DNA of 63,780 bases, the filler included, from Craspedostauros australis (Eukaryota), in assembly GCA_030167865.1 (NCBI GenBank). It is 14 parts of 14 records of this genome, joined end to end, with 100 filler letters (N's around TTAATTAATTAA, not from the genome) between each part and the next. Parts side by side here need not be neighbours in the genome. Positions count along the whole stretch, not along the records: positions 33,389 to 39,764 come from JALAGF010006110.1; positions 39,865 to 42,600 come from JALAGF010006111.1; positions 42,701 to 45,430 come from JALAGF010006112.1; positions 45,531 to 47,384 come from JALAGF010006113.1; 10 more parts are not named here. The stretch is one strand, 5' to 3'. Numbering within the stretch: position 1 is the first letter of the stretch; every line of letters begins with the position of its first letter. Made by a program: the position numbers and the translations under genes. The notes under the pieces are model-generated. The model was not told the DNA's origin and did not search any database. It saw only the letters and a list, made by a program, of their open reading frames with translations. This document shows positions 36,358 to 47,484 of this stretch, one piece after another.

Positions 36358-39300
36358 TGTTTGGTTCGCGCCGTGACCTTGTGGTTTGTTGCCAGTGAGA
36401 TGCACGCCTCGTTGTCTTCAAAAACGGTGCATTGGATGTTGGTTTGCAGCGGCTGGTTGAGGCTCGTTGATGCGTTCACTTCGTTGATGAGTTGTTGCAT
36501 GGGGATGAGGGCGCGCATGGCAAGAGACAGGGTGGCGTATTCCGACTCCATTGTCGATAAGGCGATCTCCGTCTGCAGCTTCGATTTCCACACGAGCGGG
36601 CAGCCACCGAGGATGATGANGTAGCCGGTACGTGAGCGTACTGCGTTGGGAGAATCGTCGGACTCGCGCTTGTACAGACCAGCAAAATCGGCATCGACAT
36701 AGCATTCCAGGTTGAGTTGGCCCGTTGGTCGTACGATGGTGCCCATGGTGTTGGTGTGGCGGAGGTATCGCACGATCATCTTGATGGCCTTTGCGTGCGG
36801 TTGGCGGGGATCGTTGCTGAATCGGGCCACTTGAGAGACGGCGAAGGCCAAGTCGGGGCGTGTGTTCGTAGTCAAGTAGAGCAGCATGCCGACGATGGAG
36901 CGGTAGTTCCATGCTTCCTTCATTGGCGGTTGGTCGGTTGAGGCGCCGAGGGCGAGTTGTGTTGTTGGTGTCACATTTGGTTTGCAGTGCTGCATACCGG
37001 TGGCCTCGATGATCTTGTTGATTAACCCGGTCTGCTTGAGGTGGATGGTGTTGTTTTTGGGGTCTCGGTGCAGTGATATTCCCAGGAACTCCGTGAACGT
37101 GCCCTCTCGTGTGAGATCAAATCCGCGTTTGCGCATGGACTCGATGAATGCGTCTGCCTCTTCTTCCGTACGCGAAGCGATGCCNGCGTCGTCCACGTAG
37201 AGGACGATCATCATGCCGTCGCGCATGAACAGGCACTTCTCTTGGTCACACGCGTGAAACCCTTCCGCAAGGAGGGCGCGCACAAGATGCTGATACCATA
37301 GCTTGGGAGCTATAGTGAGACCATAAAGGCTTTTAATCAGCTTGAGGCACGTGTCAGGTCCATTCGTTGATCGGAAACCGCGAGGGAGGTGTAGGTAGAC
37401 AGGTCGGTGGATGTCGGCTTGGACGAACGCGTTCGAAAAATCGATCGATGTCGTGACCCAGCGGAGCAAAATGGAAAGGATGAGAAAGACGCGGACGGAC
37501 GACCATGCGACGACCGGAGCGTAGGTTTCTTCCGTTTCGGTCATCATATTGCCTCTGCAGCACCATCGGCCTTTATACTTCTTGACCGTGCCGTCGGGCA
37601 TTCGCTTGCGTCGGAATACCCATGTGCCCGGGAAGATGCGATCAGTGGTGGAGGATTTCGGCACCTCATGTCAAATGCATCGATAACCACTATGCTACTA
37701 TGTGTACACATAGTAGCATAGTGGTTATCGATGCATTTGACAAAAGTAAGAANNNNNNNNNNNNNNNNNNNNNNNNNNNNNNNNNNNNNNNNNNNNNNNN
37801 NNGGCTTGGACGAACGCGTTCGAAAAATCGATCGATGTCGTGACCCAGCGGAGCAAAATGGAAAGGATGAGAAAGACGCGGACGGACGACCATGCGACGA
37901 CCGGAGCGTAGGTTTCTTCCGTTTCGGTCATCATATTGCCTCTGCAGCACCATCGGCCTTTATACTTCTTGACCGTGCCGTCGGGCATTCGCTTGCGTCG
38001 GAATACCCATGTGCCCGGGAAGATGCGATCGGTGGTGGAGGATTTCGGCACCTCAATCCACGTTCCTTTGTTGGTGAGATCGTGGATTTCCTTGTGTGCG
38101 GCGGCCATCCATTCATTCTTGTTGTCGTCATTCATGGCCTCGCTGAAAGATAGAGTGTCGGGGTCAGCTTTCGACGCCTTGTAGCTGAAGTGCCGGTCCG
38201 TGATGTCGAGATCGCTGCCGCTGGTGAAGAAGCTGAGCAGGTCATATGTGATGAGGGCACTGTGGTTGTCGTTGTCGTCGTGCTCGACCGCTGCTGCCAT
38301 NNNNNNNNNNNNNNNNNNNNNNNNNNNNNNNNNNNNNNNNNNNNNNNNNNGATGAGGGCACTGTGGTTGTCGTTGTCGTCGTGCTCGACCGCTGCTGCCA
38401 TTGCGTAGTGTTCGTCGGTTTCATCGTCATGCTGCGGTGGATGGTGGGCGTAGTGAGTTGATGCCGAAGCGTGCTGTTCGGCCGGTTCGAATTCGCTCGG
38501 TGGGGCCATGATCATCGGTGGTACCTCTGGCGCGACTCCAAGTTGGATGTGTAAGTGGAGTATTCCGATCTCAAATCGCTCGTCATGCGTGATGAGATGC
38601 CACGCGAAGCCTGCTCGCCGCATGAAGTCCTGTACCCGTTCATCTTCGTCCGGTGGTCGTAGACCGTTCTCCATGGCCGCAATGGCTCGCTCCAGAGTGT
38701 ACCGCTGGCCTTGTGTTCTTGACGTGAACCCGAAGTACGAGACGGGGAGGTGATACTCACCTGTTTCGAGCATTTCGTCGATGGCGTCAACGAATCTGCG
38801 AATAGCGTAGTAGATGCACTGGCTCCTCGCGGCTTCCGTCGGGAATCGGAATTGCACCACATGATCAAAGTAGTGGCGGATGTGCCGAGTGATGTTGACG
38901 TGGTGTGGCCACAGGTGACCGATGTCGATGGGGTCCATTGTGTGGCCGGGGGATGAGTTGTCGTCCTCTGAGGACGAGTCGGACTGGTTGCTCATCATGA
39001 GGATGTGGTGTTCATGCGGAGTTGTTGTTCCATCGGCCGCTGCCTCCTCTTGTTCCCTGCGCATCTCGGCCCAGATCTCGAGCTGTCTTGCACGTAGCAT
39101 CCGTTCCATCTCGAGGTCGCCCTGCGCCCAATGCCGTTCGTCCTTTCGTAGCTCTTCGGTATCGATGGTTCTCAAATTTCGGAGCATGGATTCCGCGTCG
39201 CGGACCAGGACCTTGGCTTTTTGTGTTACCTGGTCGTCAGGGTGTTCTGTGAACTCCATTAGCGACTGGTGGCACTCCTGTAGGACCTTCTTCATGCTCT

Positions 39301-39764
39301 GCACCGCTTGGGTCCTGCTGGAGTTGCCTGTGTGTTGAGTTGTCACGTTGGCGCTAGCTTCGATGGGTAGCGTGTCTTCATCTGCCCACACAACTTTGCC
39401 CCCTAACTTGTTGTAGGTGAGCCGTTCGACGGTTTTGCGTTCTCGTGGCTCTCGCTTGTTGATACGCTCCGAACGGCGAAGAGGAGGCGGCCTGGTTTGT
39501 TTGGTCTTGTCTCTTTTCGTTGGCGCGTGGATGGGTTCACGAGGTGGCGAAGCTGGAGGGGAATCACTTGTGATCGGCATGACACCACTTTCGTCGTCGT
39601 TTGTCGCTCCCTCTGTTGGTGGCAACAGGTTTGGCGAAGTTGTGACGACACGTTCTTTCGGCTCCTCACCTCCCTCTGTTGGTGGCACTGGTGGTGTGCG
39701 TGTGTGATCTTCAACAGTATCCGCTGGTTGGGAGGTTGGTTGAGGTGGTTGCACTTGATCGACC
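36358..39764 (-). mobile_element. Ty1/copia pol fragment (IN-RT spacer, RT, RNase H), distinct family D
   Basis: TWVFRRKR, TYAPVV, KSLYGL, VLYVDD, YVDADFAG, STMESEY. Purine tract GAGAGGGAGAG on the minus strand at about 36117-36128 is a candidate PPT. Segments are duplicated across 50-N gaps. Confidence 0.92.
37669..37742. repeat. Perfect 74-bp palindrome with TG...CA ends
   Basis: TGTCAAATGCATCGATAACCACTATGCTACTATGTGT|ACACATAGTAGCATAGTGGTTATCGATGCATTTGACA; it interrupts one RT copy. Confidence 0.92.
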
Positions 39765-39864
39765 NNNNNNNNNNNNNNNNNNNNNNNNNNNNNNNNNNNN
39801 NNNNNNNNTTAATTAATTAANNNNNNNNNNNNNNNNNNNNNNNNNNNNNNNNNNNNNNNNNNNN

Positions 39865-40400
39865 AGGACCATGTGGAGGGGCTGCAAGGATCGTAAGGAT
39901 GCGGTATGGATCTGTATCCATACCGCATCTGGATTGCAATCGGTTTTTTGACAACGTTCTTTTTCACTGCAGGGACACTTTGGGCCATGTCATGTGGATA
40001 TCTGTGGCCCATCTTCATGGATTGGATAGATGGGGAGTATACTGAGCTATTGTGGTGCGCAGTTTATCAAAATATCAGGATAATGATGATGATCATGGGT
40101 GCTGAGAGGAGGGCAACATTGCTTGATCGAGAATTTTTTTGAATCCACCACACAATTGTGTGGTGGATCACCATGAAAATAAAAACAGTTTCAATATCAA
40201 TTAAACTTCAGTATTCTGATTAACAGATAGTCAGGCGTATGAATGCACTGTTTAGATTTAATTGTAAACGATGTGTTGTTGAGATATAGCATGACAAGCA
40301 GATATTGGATGTGCTTTTTGGATGGGCTCTAGACTCGATTTAGTAGCATTCCCAGGCACCCACAAAACTCCACAACTCGTGTTATCGCGGCGAAGCACCC
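39865..40400 (-). repeat. Candidate long terminal inverted-repeat region of the Sola3-like element
   Basis: Reverse-complement copy at 43076-43614, diverged copy at 43665-44145 and a more diverged fragment at about 61588-61693. Contains internal palindromes. Confidence 0.6.
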
Positions 40401-40403
40401 CCA

Positions 40404-42600
40404 TCACAAAATTTCCATCTCATCACCCAACACAGCCTCACTTTCTGCATGGATCTTCATTGTGTGAGCATCACACCACCTCTGATTCTCCCATTCCTCT
40501 TCCTCTCTCTGCAGCTCTTCTTCTCTTCGTTCCTCCTCTGTTGCAGCTGGCGCATTGTGGGTTGCCACGATTGCAGGTGCAGGTGCTGTTGCTGTTGCTT
40601 GGCTTGTTGTGTTGGTTTTTGTCTTGATGAGGGCAGCCTCCTTCTTTTGTTTGCGTTGCTTGGCACTGTACGCTGCAAACAGCGACGCCTTCACGCGCAT
40701 GGGGTTTGCGTGCAGTTGTACGTACCAGTCAGTTTTGGTCCTGTTGTCGTCCATCAACTGCTCGTGTGCTTCGTGTTCAGACGGTCTGTTTTTCGGGTCC
40801 TTCGCGGACGCTGCGCAGATGTCCTTCAATTTGTCCGCGATGTAGTCTGGTAGTTTGGCGTTGGTCCGTGCTGTTTTGCTCGCCCAGCCTTGTACTGCGA
40901 GTGGTGGGTGTTCTGTTTCCGCCGTCTGGTCTTGTAGCGCCGTGGTGTGATCCGATGGCAGGTGTTGCTGTCCGTCTTGGATGGCTTTGCCGAACGCAAG
41001 CGCCTTACTCTCTGCCGCTGTGCGCCCCATTTTGCGTGTCTTGTCCGTCTTCCTGAATGATTCGGACGTGATGGGCAGCTTGTTGGACGTGAATGCTCTG
41101 TCCTCGATGACACCCAACTCGTTGATCACCCAGCCTTCCCATTCGGTGCTCTTCACCACGACGTCTTCCGTGATGCCAGATGCAGCCACCAACCGTGCCT
41201 GGTCATCATCATACTTCACCTCGTGAGTCTGACGTACCTGTTGTCCAGATGCGCGGAATCGTCGTTTTGGTGCGCCAGGAAGCGTGGTGATGTTGCCTTG
41301 GAGGAACGACGCGTTGACTAGTACCGTTGTTGCCCCTGTGATGTTACCAGCTTTCAGTGCTTCGTACAGTTGGCGGGCGGTCTTGATGTCGCGTCCACTT
41401 TGCACGTATTTTCGCAGTACACGTGTGATGTACGCAAAGTGGGTGTCCAGCATGCTCTTACCGGTTTGGGCCTCCGTGTAGATCCACGCGATGATTTTGG
41501 CCGCGTTTCGTTGCCTGAGGTTCTTGTTGAGTACCGATGTGATGAGTGCGATGTGCTCGTGACTGGCAAAACAACACGCATTGTCGCTCTGTAGGATGAT
41601 TTCAGTCACGGATGGAAGAATGTCTTTGACCTTTTTTTGCACAATCTCCAGTAGTCCACCAACTTGAAGTGTGTCTTGTGTGGGTCTTCCACCAACCACA
41701 ATGTCAATGAATCGATAAGTAAAGATGTCGTTGCGACACGTGATGACCATTGCCCCAAGCAGTGACATCCCCTTCTTCCCCCAATATTCTTGTTGGGCTT
41801 CGCTTTGGCCTGTCGGTAGAATTTTTTGCTTATGGTCGAGTACCACATAGGCTCTTTCAGGCTTGTTGTTGAGTTCGGATTGATAAAAGGCGATTTGTCG
41901 GAATTGCACTTTGGCACGCACTTTGTGAGCCATGTAATTATTGATTTCATTGGCGAATCCTGGCGCCGAAGCAAGCATTGATTGCAATTCGTCCTTGTGT
42001 TCTGTGAGTTCGTTGTCCTTAAGCATTGTGACAAAAGGAACAAAACGATCATCCACAAATCGCATTGCTGCGCCACAACGGTTGCATACTTTACGTGGTT
42101 GTTCGGTTGAGGTGGTGGGAGGAATGTCAATTGTGATGGTTGGAGTGTCCTTTGTGATGGTGGCGGTCTTCTTGCGCTTGTTCTTGTGCTTGTTGGTGCG
42201 TGTTTTGCGTTGATTGCTTGTTGCCTTCTTCTTCTCCTTTTCGGTGGTGAGAGCGAACGCGGCCGAGTGCATTGGGTCATCACACTGAAGCTGCATGTGC
42301 GACGCGGTGAATTCCCATTTGAGGAACACAACAAGCAGTTCGAGTGCATGCAAGAGAGAATCGGCTGTGCGCACATGCTGCGTGATGACGTCATCTGCTT
42401 CATCATTGTCGTTGCGGCTTTCGTCATTGGCATCGTTTCGCTCCTCGCCACCCACTTCATACTTAGCCTTCAGCAGCTCAACTAGGCGCGAAATTGCCTG
42501 TTTGAGTTTCTCCGTAGCCATCCAGAAGTAACTCTCAAAGGACGAAAGCCCCGTCTTGATCTTGCTTTTGCGTGTGAGTAGGTTAGTCATAGTAGCAAAC
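40404..42600 (-). mobile_element. DDD transposase, Sola-like (motifs closest to Sola3 as I recall them); 5' end missing
   Basis: VVLDHKQKILP...EAQQEYWGKKGMSLLG, ILQSDNACCF and YTEAQTGKSMLDTHF fit the DxxxKxLP..E.Q..(W/F)GKxG / SDNAxC / ExxxGKxxxD pattern. Confidence 0.65.
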
Positions 42601-42700
42601 NNNNNNNNNNNNNNNNNNNNNNNNNNNNNNNNNNNNNNNNNNNNTTAATTAATTAANNNNNNNNNNNNNNNNNNNNNNNNNNNNNNNNNNNNNNNNNNNN

Positions 42701-43614
42701 GAACACGAAGCACACGAGCAGTTGATGGACGACAACAGGACCAAAACTGACTGGTACGTACAACTGCACGCAAACCCCATGCGCGTGAAGGCGTCGCTGT
42801 TTGCAGCGTACAGTGCCAAGCAACGCAAACAAAAGAAGGAGGCTGCCCTCATCAAGACAAAAACCAACACAACAAGCCAAGCAACAGCAACAGCACCTGC
42901 ACCTGCAATCGTGGCAACCCACAATGCGCCAGCTGCAACAGAGGAGGAACGAAGAGAAGAAGAGCTGCAGAGAGAGGAAGAGGAATGGGAGAATCAGAGG
43001 TGGTGTGATGCTCACACAATGAAGGTCCATGCAGAAAGTGAGGCTGTGTTGGGTGATGGGACGGAAATTTTGTGATGGATGTGCATCACCGCGATAACAC
43101 GAGTTGTGGAGTTTTGTGGGTGGCAGACCATGCTACTACAACGAGTCTAGAGGCCATCCAAAAAACACATCCAATATCTGCTTGTCATGCTATATCTCAA
43201 CAACACATCGTTTGCAATTAAATCTAAACATTGCATTCATACGCCTGACTATCTGTTAATCAGAATACTGAAGTTTAATTGATATTGAAACTGTTTTTAT
43301 TTTCATGTTGATCCACCACACAATTGTGTGGTGGATTCAAAAAAATTCTCGATCAAGCAATGTTGCCCTCCTCTCAGCACCCATGATCATCATCATTATC
43401 CTGATATTTTGATAAACTGCGCACCACAATAGCTCAGTATACTCCCCATCTATCCAATCCATGAAGATGGGCCACAGATATCCACATGACATGGCCCAAA
43501 GTGTCCCTGCAGTGAAAAAGAACGTTGTCAAAAAACCGATTGCAATCCAGATGCGGTATGGATACAGATCCATACCGCATCCTTACGATCCTTGCAGCCC
43601 CTCCACATGGTCCT
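42701..43614 (+). mobile_element. Second copy of the Sola-like transposase 3' end and terminal region
   Basis: Near-identical reverse complement of about 39865-40776; the ORF ends GDGTEIL versus GDEMEIL. Confidence 0.8.
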
Positions 43615-43664
43615 NNNNNNNNNNNNNNNNNNNNNNNNNNNNNNNNNNNNNNNNNNNNNNNNNN

Positions 43665-44145
43665 TACTACAACGAGTCTAGAGGCCATCCAAAAAACACA
43701 TCCAATATCTGCTTGTCATGCTATATCTCAACAACACATCGTTTGCAACTAAATATAAACATTTCATTCAGACGCCTGACTATAGGTTATACAGAATATC
43801 GAAGTTAAATTGACATAGAAATTGTTTTTATTGTCATGTTTGACCACCACACAGTTGTGTGGTGAATTCGAAAAATTCTNNNNNNNNNNNNNNNNNNNNN
43901 NNNNNNNNNNNNNNNNNNNNNNNNNNNNNNNNNNNNNNNNNNNNNNNNNNNNNNNNNNNNNNCTCTGTATGCTCCCCAGCTATCCACTCCATGAAGGACA
44001 GAACATTTCTGCCACATTGCACACCCCAAAGTGTCGATACACTGAAAAAGAACGATTTCAAAAAACGAAGTGCAAGCCAGATGCAGTATGGATACGGATC
44101 CATATCTCATCCACAGGACCCTTTCAGCCCCTCCACGTGACCCTC
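43665..44145 (+). repeat. Diverged copy of the Sola-like terminal region, ending ...CCACGTGACCCTC
   Basis: Colinear with about 43134-43614, with many substitutions. Confidence 0.7.
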
Positions 44146-45530
44146 GTGCATTCCCATACTACCTGGCGACATGCTGATGCATCCAGACTGGGCTGGGTGT
44201 GGATGGTCCCGATGGCACACCTCCATTTGGTGATGGCCCTGTTGGTTTTNNNNNNNNNNNNNNNNNNNNNNNNNNNNNNNNNNNNNNNNNNNNNNNNNNN
44301 NNNNNNNNNNNNNNNNNNNNNNNNNNNNNNNNNNNNNNNNNNNNNNNNNNNNNNNNNNNNNNNNNNNATGGGTGACTTGGAGATTGGGCAGCTTGATGAT
44401 GCTGCCCCCTCACTGCCAAAGTCACATGGCAGGTTCGCCACGATCCGCCCAACAAAACTCTTGCCCTCCACTGATTCCTCCGCGCGGACACCTTCCCGGT
44501 CCTTCCCGAGCCTCAAACTTCGTGGGGACCTTGATGGTNNNNNNNNNNNNNNNNNNNNNNNNNNNNNNNNNNNNNNNNNNNNNNNNNNACAGGTATGCAC
44601 TCATTCCATGCCGCAGCCTCTTCCAGACCGTTGCAGCAGCTCGAACTTCGCGACGTGCATCTTCAGGCGATGGCGCACGGGTCTTGTATGGGTGACTTGG
44701 AGATTGGGCAGCTTGATGATGCTGCCCCCTCACTGCCAAAGTCACATGGCAGGTTCGCCACGATCCGCCCAACAAAACTCTTGCCCTCCACTGATTCCTC
44801 CGCGCGGACACCTTCCCGGTCCTTCCCGAGCCTCAAACTTCGTGGGGACCTTGATGGTGACCTCTTGGATGCGTCTTGCCCATTCGCAGGTGTTGGTGTG
44901 GCCTGTGCATGGAATACACAGGCCACATCCAACGAGCAAATCTGCCGCAATTTTGAGACGTTTGCGCGGAGGCCTGCGGCTGCCCCAAACCAACCGCTCT
45001 CGCAGCCTCCGCTCGTCCACCCACCAAGGGTTGCATGGCGGTGACGGAGATGTGCTTGTATTTGTCATTGGGCCGCTGGTTGGTGCGGCGCTGACGATGC
45101 CGTTGGGTGTCCATTGTGATGTTGTTTTGGTGTTCCGCCATTGTCATCTTCTTGTGTCGAGTTTGGCGCTCTCGGCCAGTCGGGCATCCTGGGGGCTGAG
45201 GTAAATGTCAAACATTGCAACGAACATACGAAAATGCATGACACAAAACACTTCGAGAGTACCAACCTCACTCAACCATTCCACCACAACAAGGCATTGG
45301 TGAGAACCTAGCACATCGTGCTGTGATTGGTGGTTCATGACGCAGAAGCCAGTTTGCTGACGTCGACGACGGATTGGACACGCACAGAGTAGATTGGACG
45401 TAAACGCGCACCCGCCGCTTCTCCCAGAACNNNNNNNNNNNNNNNNNNNNNNNNNNNNNNNNNNNNNNNNNNNNTTAATTAATTAANNNNNNNNNNNNNN
45501 NNNNNNNNNNNNNNNNNNNNNNNNNNNNNN

Positions 45531-47384
45531 TGCTCGGTGTCGGAGGTCGTGCTTGACCGCGTAGACCCATTGCAGCCGGATCTGTTGGTATCCGTCTGGA
45601 ACGGTCTTGGTCTTACCGAGCGATCGGAATGTCTCATATCCGAAGAGCTGTTCCATCTCAGTACGTTCAGCATCTGCCCAGAGCGTGTTGCCGTTGCGTT
45701 TGTCGAGGCATACGGCTTCTTGGTGATTGCGTGGTACCTGAACACCGAACTGGTAGATGGGTGCGTTGGTGTGCTTCTTGGCCTTGTTGATGGAGGTCTT
45801 GCGCTCCATTCGAGCCTGTCGGTCAGAGAGCTTCTTCAGCCTTTTCCATCCAGGCTGATCGAGCAATCCGTTCTTGCGACCGTATGCCGCACATGATACA
45901 GGGTCATCTTGCACCATGGTGGAGAGTGGTTCGGATGTTGTTGATCCGTCATCCCATTGTACAATGACATTGTATCGGGGCCCCTTGTAGGTCTTGGCGT
46001 TCGGAGCGAGAGGTCCTTCGTGTCCAATGATGCCTTGGAATCCCCATACTCCGTCTTCGTCGTCTTCGTTGCGTTCGAGCTGCTGTTCGATGATGTCGGA
46101 CAGCTGGACGTAGGAGATGAGNNNNNNNNNNNNNNNNNNNNNNNNNNNNNNNNNNNNNNNNNNNNNNNNNNNNNNNNNNNNNNNNGCATCGTTGACGCGT
46201 TGGATGACTTCGGCCTTGACTCTCTGTCCGTCACGGTCGTACAGGAAGGTCTTGCCGATGAGATCCTCTGGTGTGAACCGAGGGATGGAGACTCTTGCCA
46301 TGTCCGCCGTTCCAGGATCGGACTCCGCAGAAGCGAAAAGAACGGCGTCTCCGAGGGAATGGACAACTGGTTGCATTCCATCAGGCACTGGGACGTCGTC
46401 TTCAAGCTCCCCATCATCGGGTGGGTTCGTTTCCGAGCCGTCTTCCTCCCCAACGTCGGCCAGGGGAAAGTCGACACGCAGGTTGCGGGAGCCGTGCTCG
46501 TCGGCTGCACGGATCNNNNNNNNNNNNNNNNNNNNNNNNNNNNNNNNNNNNNNNNNNNNNNNNNNNNNNNNNNNNNNNNNNNNNNNNNNNNNNNNNNNNN
46601 NNNNNNNNNNNNNNNNNNNNNNNNNNNNNNNNNNNNNNNNNNNNNNNNNNNNNNNNNNNNNNNNNNNNNNNNNNNNNNNNNNNNNNNNNNNNNNNNNNNN
46701 NGGGAAAGCCAGGTTTCTCCACACGGTAGTACACCGGTTGCCACCAACGGTAGGCAAGGAACTTGCTCACATCGGGACGGTGTCCATAGGCTGCCTGCAT
46801 TGGCGTGACGTTTCCTGCCGTGCGCTGAGCCAAGTGGTTGAAGAGCACAATGACATACATGGTGCATATGAGCCAGAAGCGAGCAGGTGTGCCCGTCCTG
46901 TCCATGATGCCGTTCGTCATNNNNNNNNNNNNNNNNNNNNNNNNNNNNNNNNNNNNNNNNNNNNNNNNNNNNNNNNNNNNNNNNNNNNNNNNNNNNNNNN
47001 NNNNNNNNNNNNNNNNNNNNNNNNNNNNNNNNNNNNNNNNNNNNNNNNNNNNNNNNNNNNNNNNNNNNNNNNNNNNNNNNNNNCGGATGAAGTCTTGGAG
47101 AGTGGAAGCGACTTGCTTCTCCGATGTCATGGGGAATCCTGCGGTGAAGCGAGAATCCACGGCCACGTACACTTGCATCATCGTGCTGCCACCATGTCCT
47201 GGCACACCATCGTCATGTGCAGGTGTGTCAGAGAACAACGTGTCCATGGCAACAGTCTCGTGGAGCCTGTCCACGTCCGCGGCAGGGAACCGGGTCTTGA
47301 AGTGCTTTCGCATGGTGAACCGCTCGGAGGTGCGGTACCATTGGGACGTGCACTTGAGAGTGTCTTGGACTCTTCTGGCCGGGA
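45531..47384 (-). mobile_element. Ty1/copia pol fragment of diatom CoDi-I type (integrase, chromodomain-like module, RT start)
   Basis: ETVAMDTLFS (IN), WWQPVYY, YNVIVQWDDGSTTSEPL...DDPVSCAAYG...PGWKR, YQFGVQVPRNHQEA...D..NGNTLWADA, WVYAVKHDLRHRA. Confidence 0.85.
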
Positions 47385-47484
47385 NNNNNNNNNNNNNNNN
47401 NNNNNNNNNNNNNNNNNNNNNNNNNNNNTTAATTAATTAANNNNNNNNNNNNNNNNNNNNNNNNNNNNNNNNNNNNNNNNNNNN

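Noticed and set aside
39865..43614. Large inverted repeat enclosing the Sola-like transposase as a complete element
   Set aside because: The arms are on separate scaffolds and both include the transposase 3' end.
43822..45204. 460-aa ORF as a gene
   Set aside because: It is stitched across N gaps and a duplicated block, with no recognisable motif in the listed ORFs.
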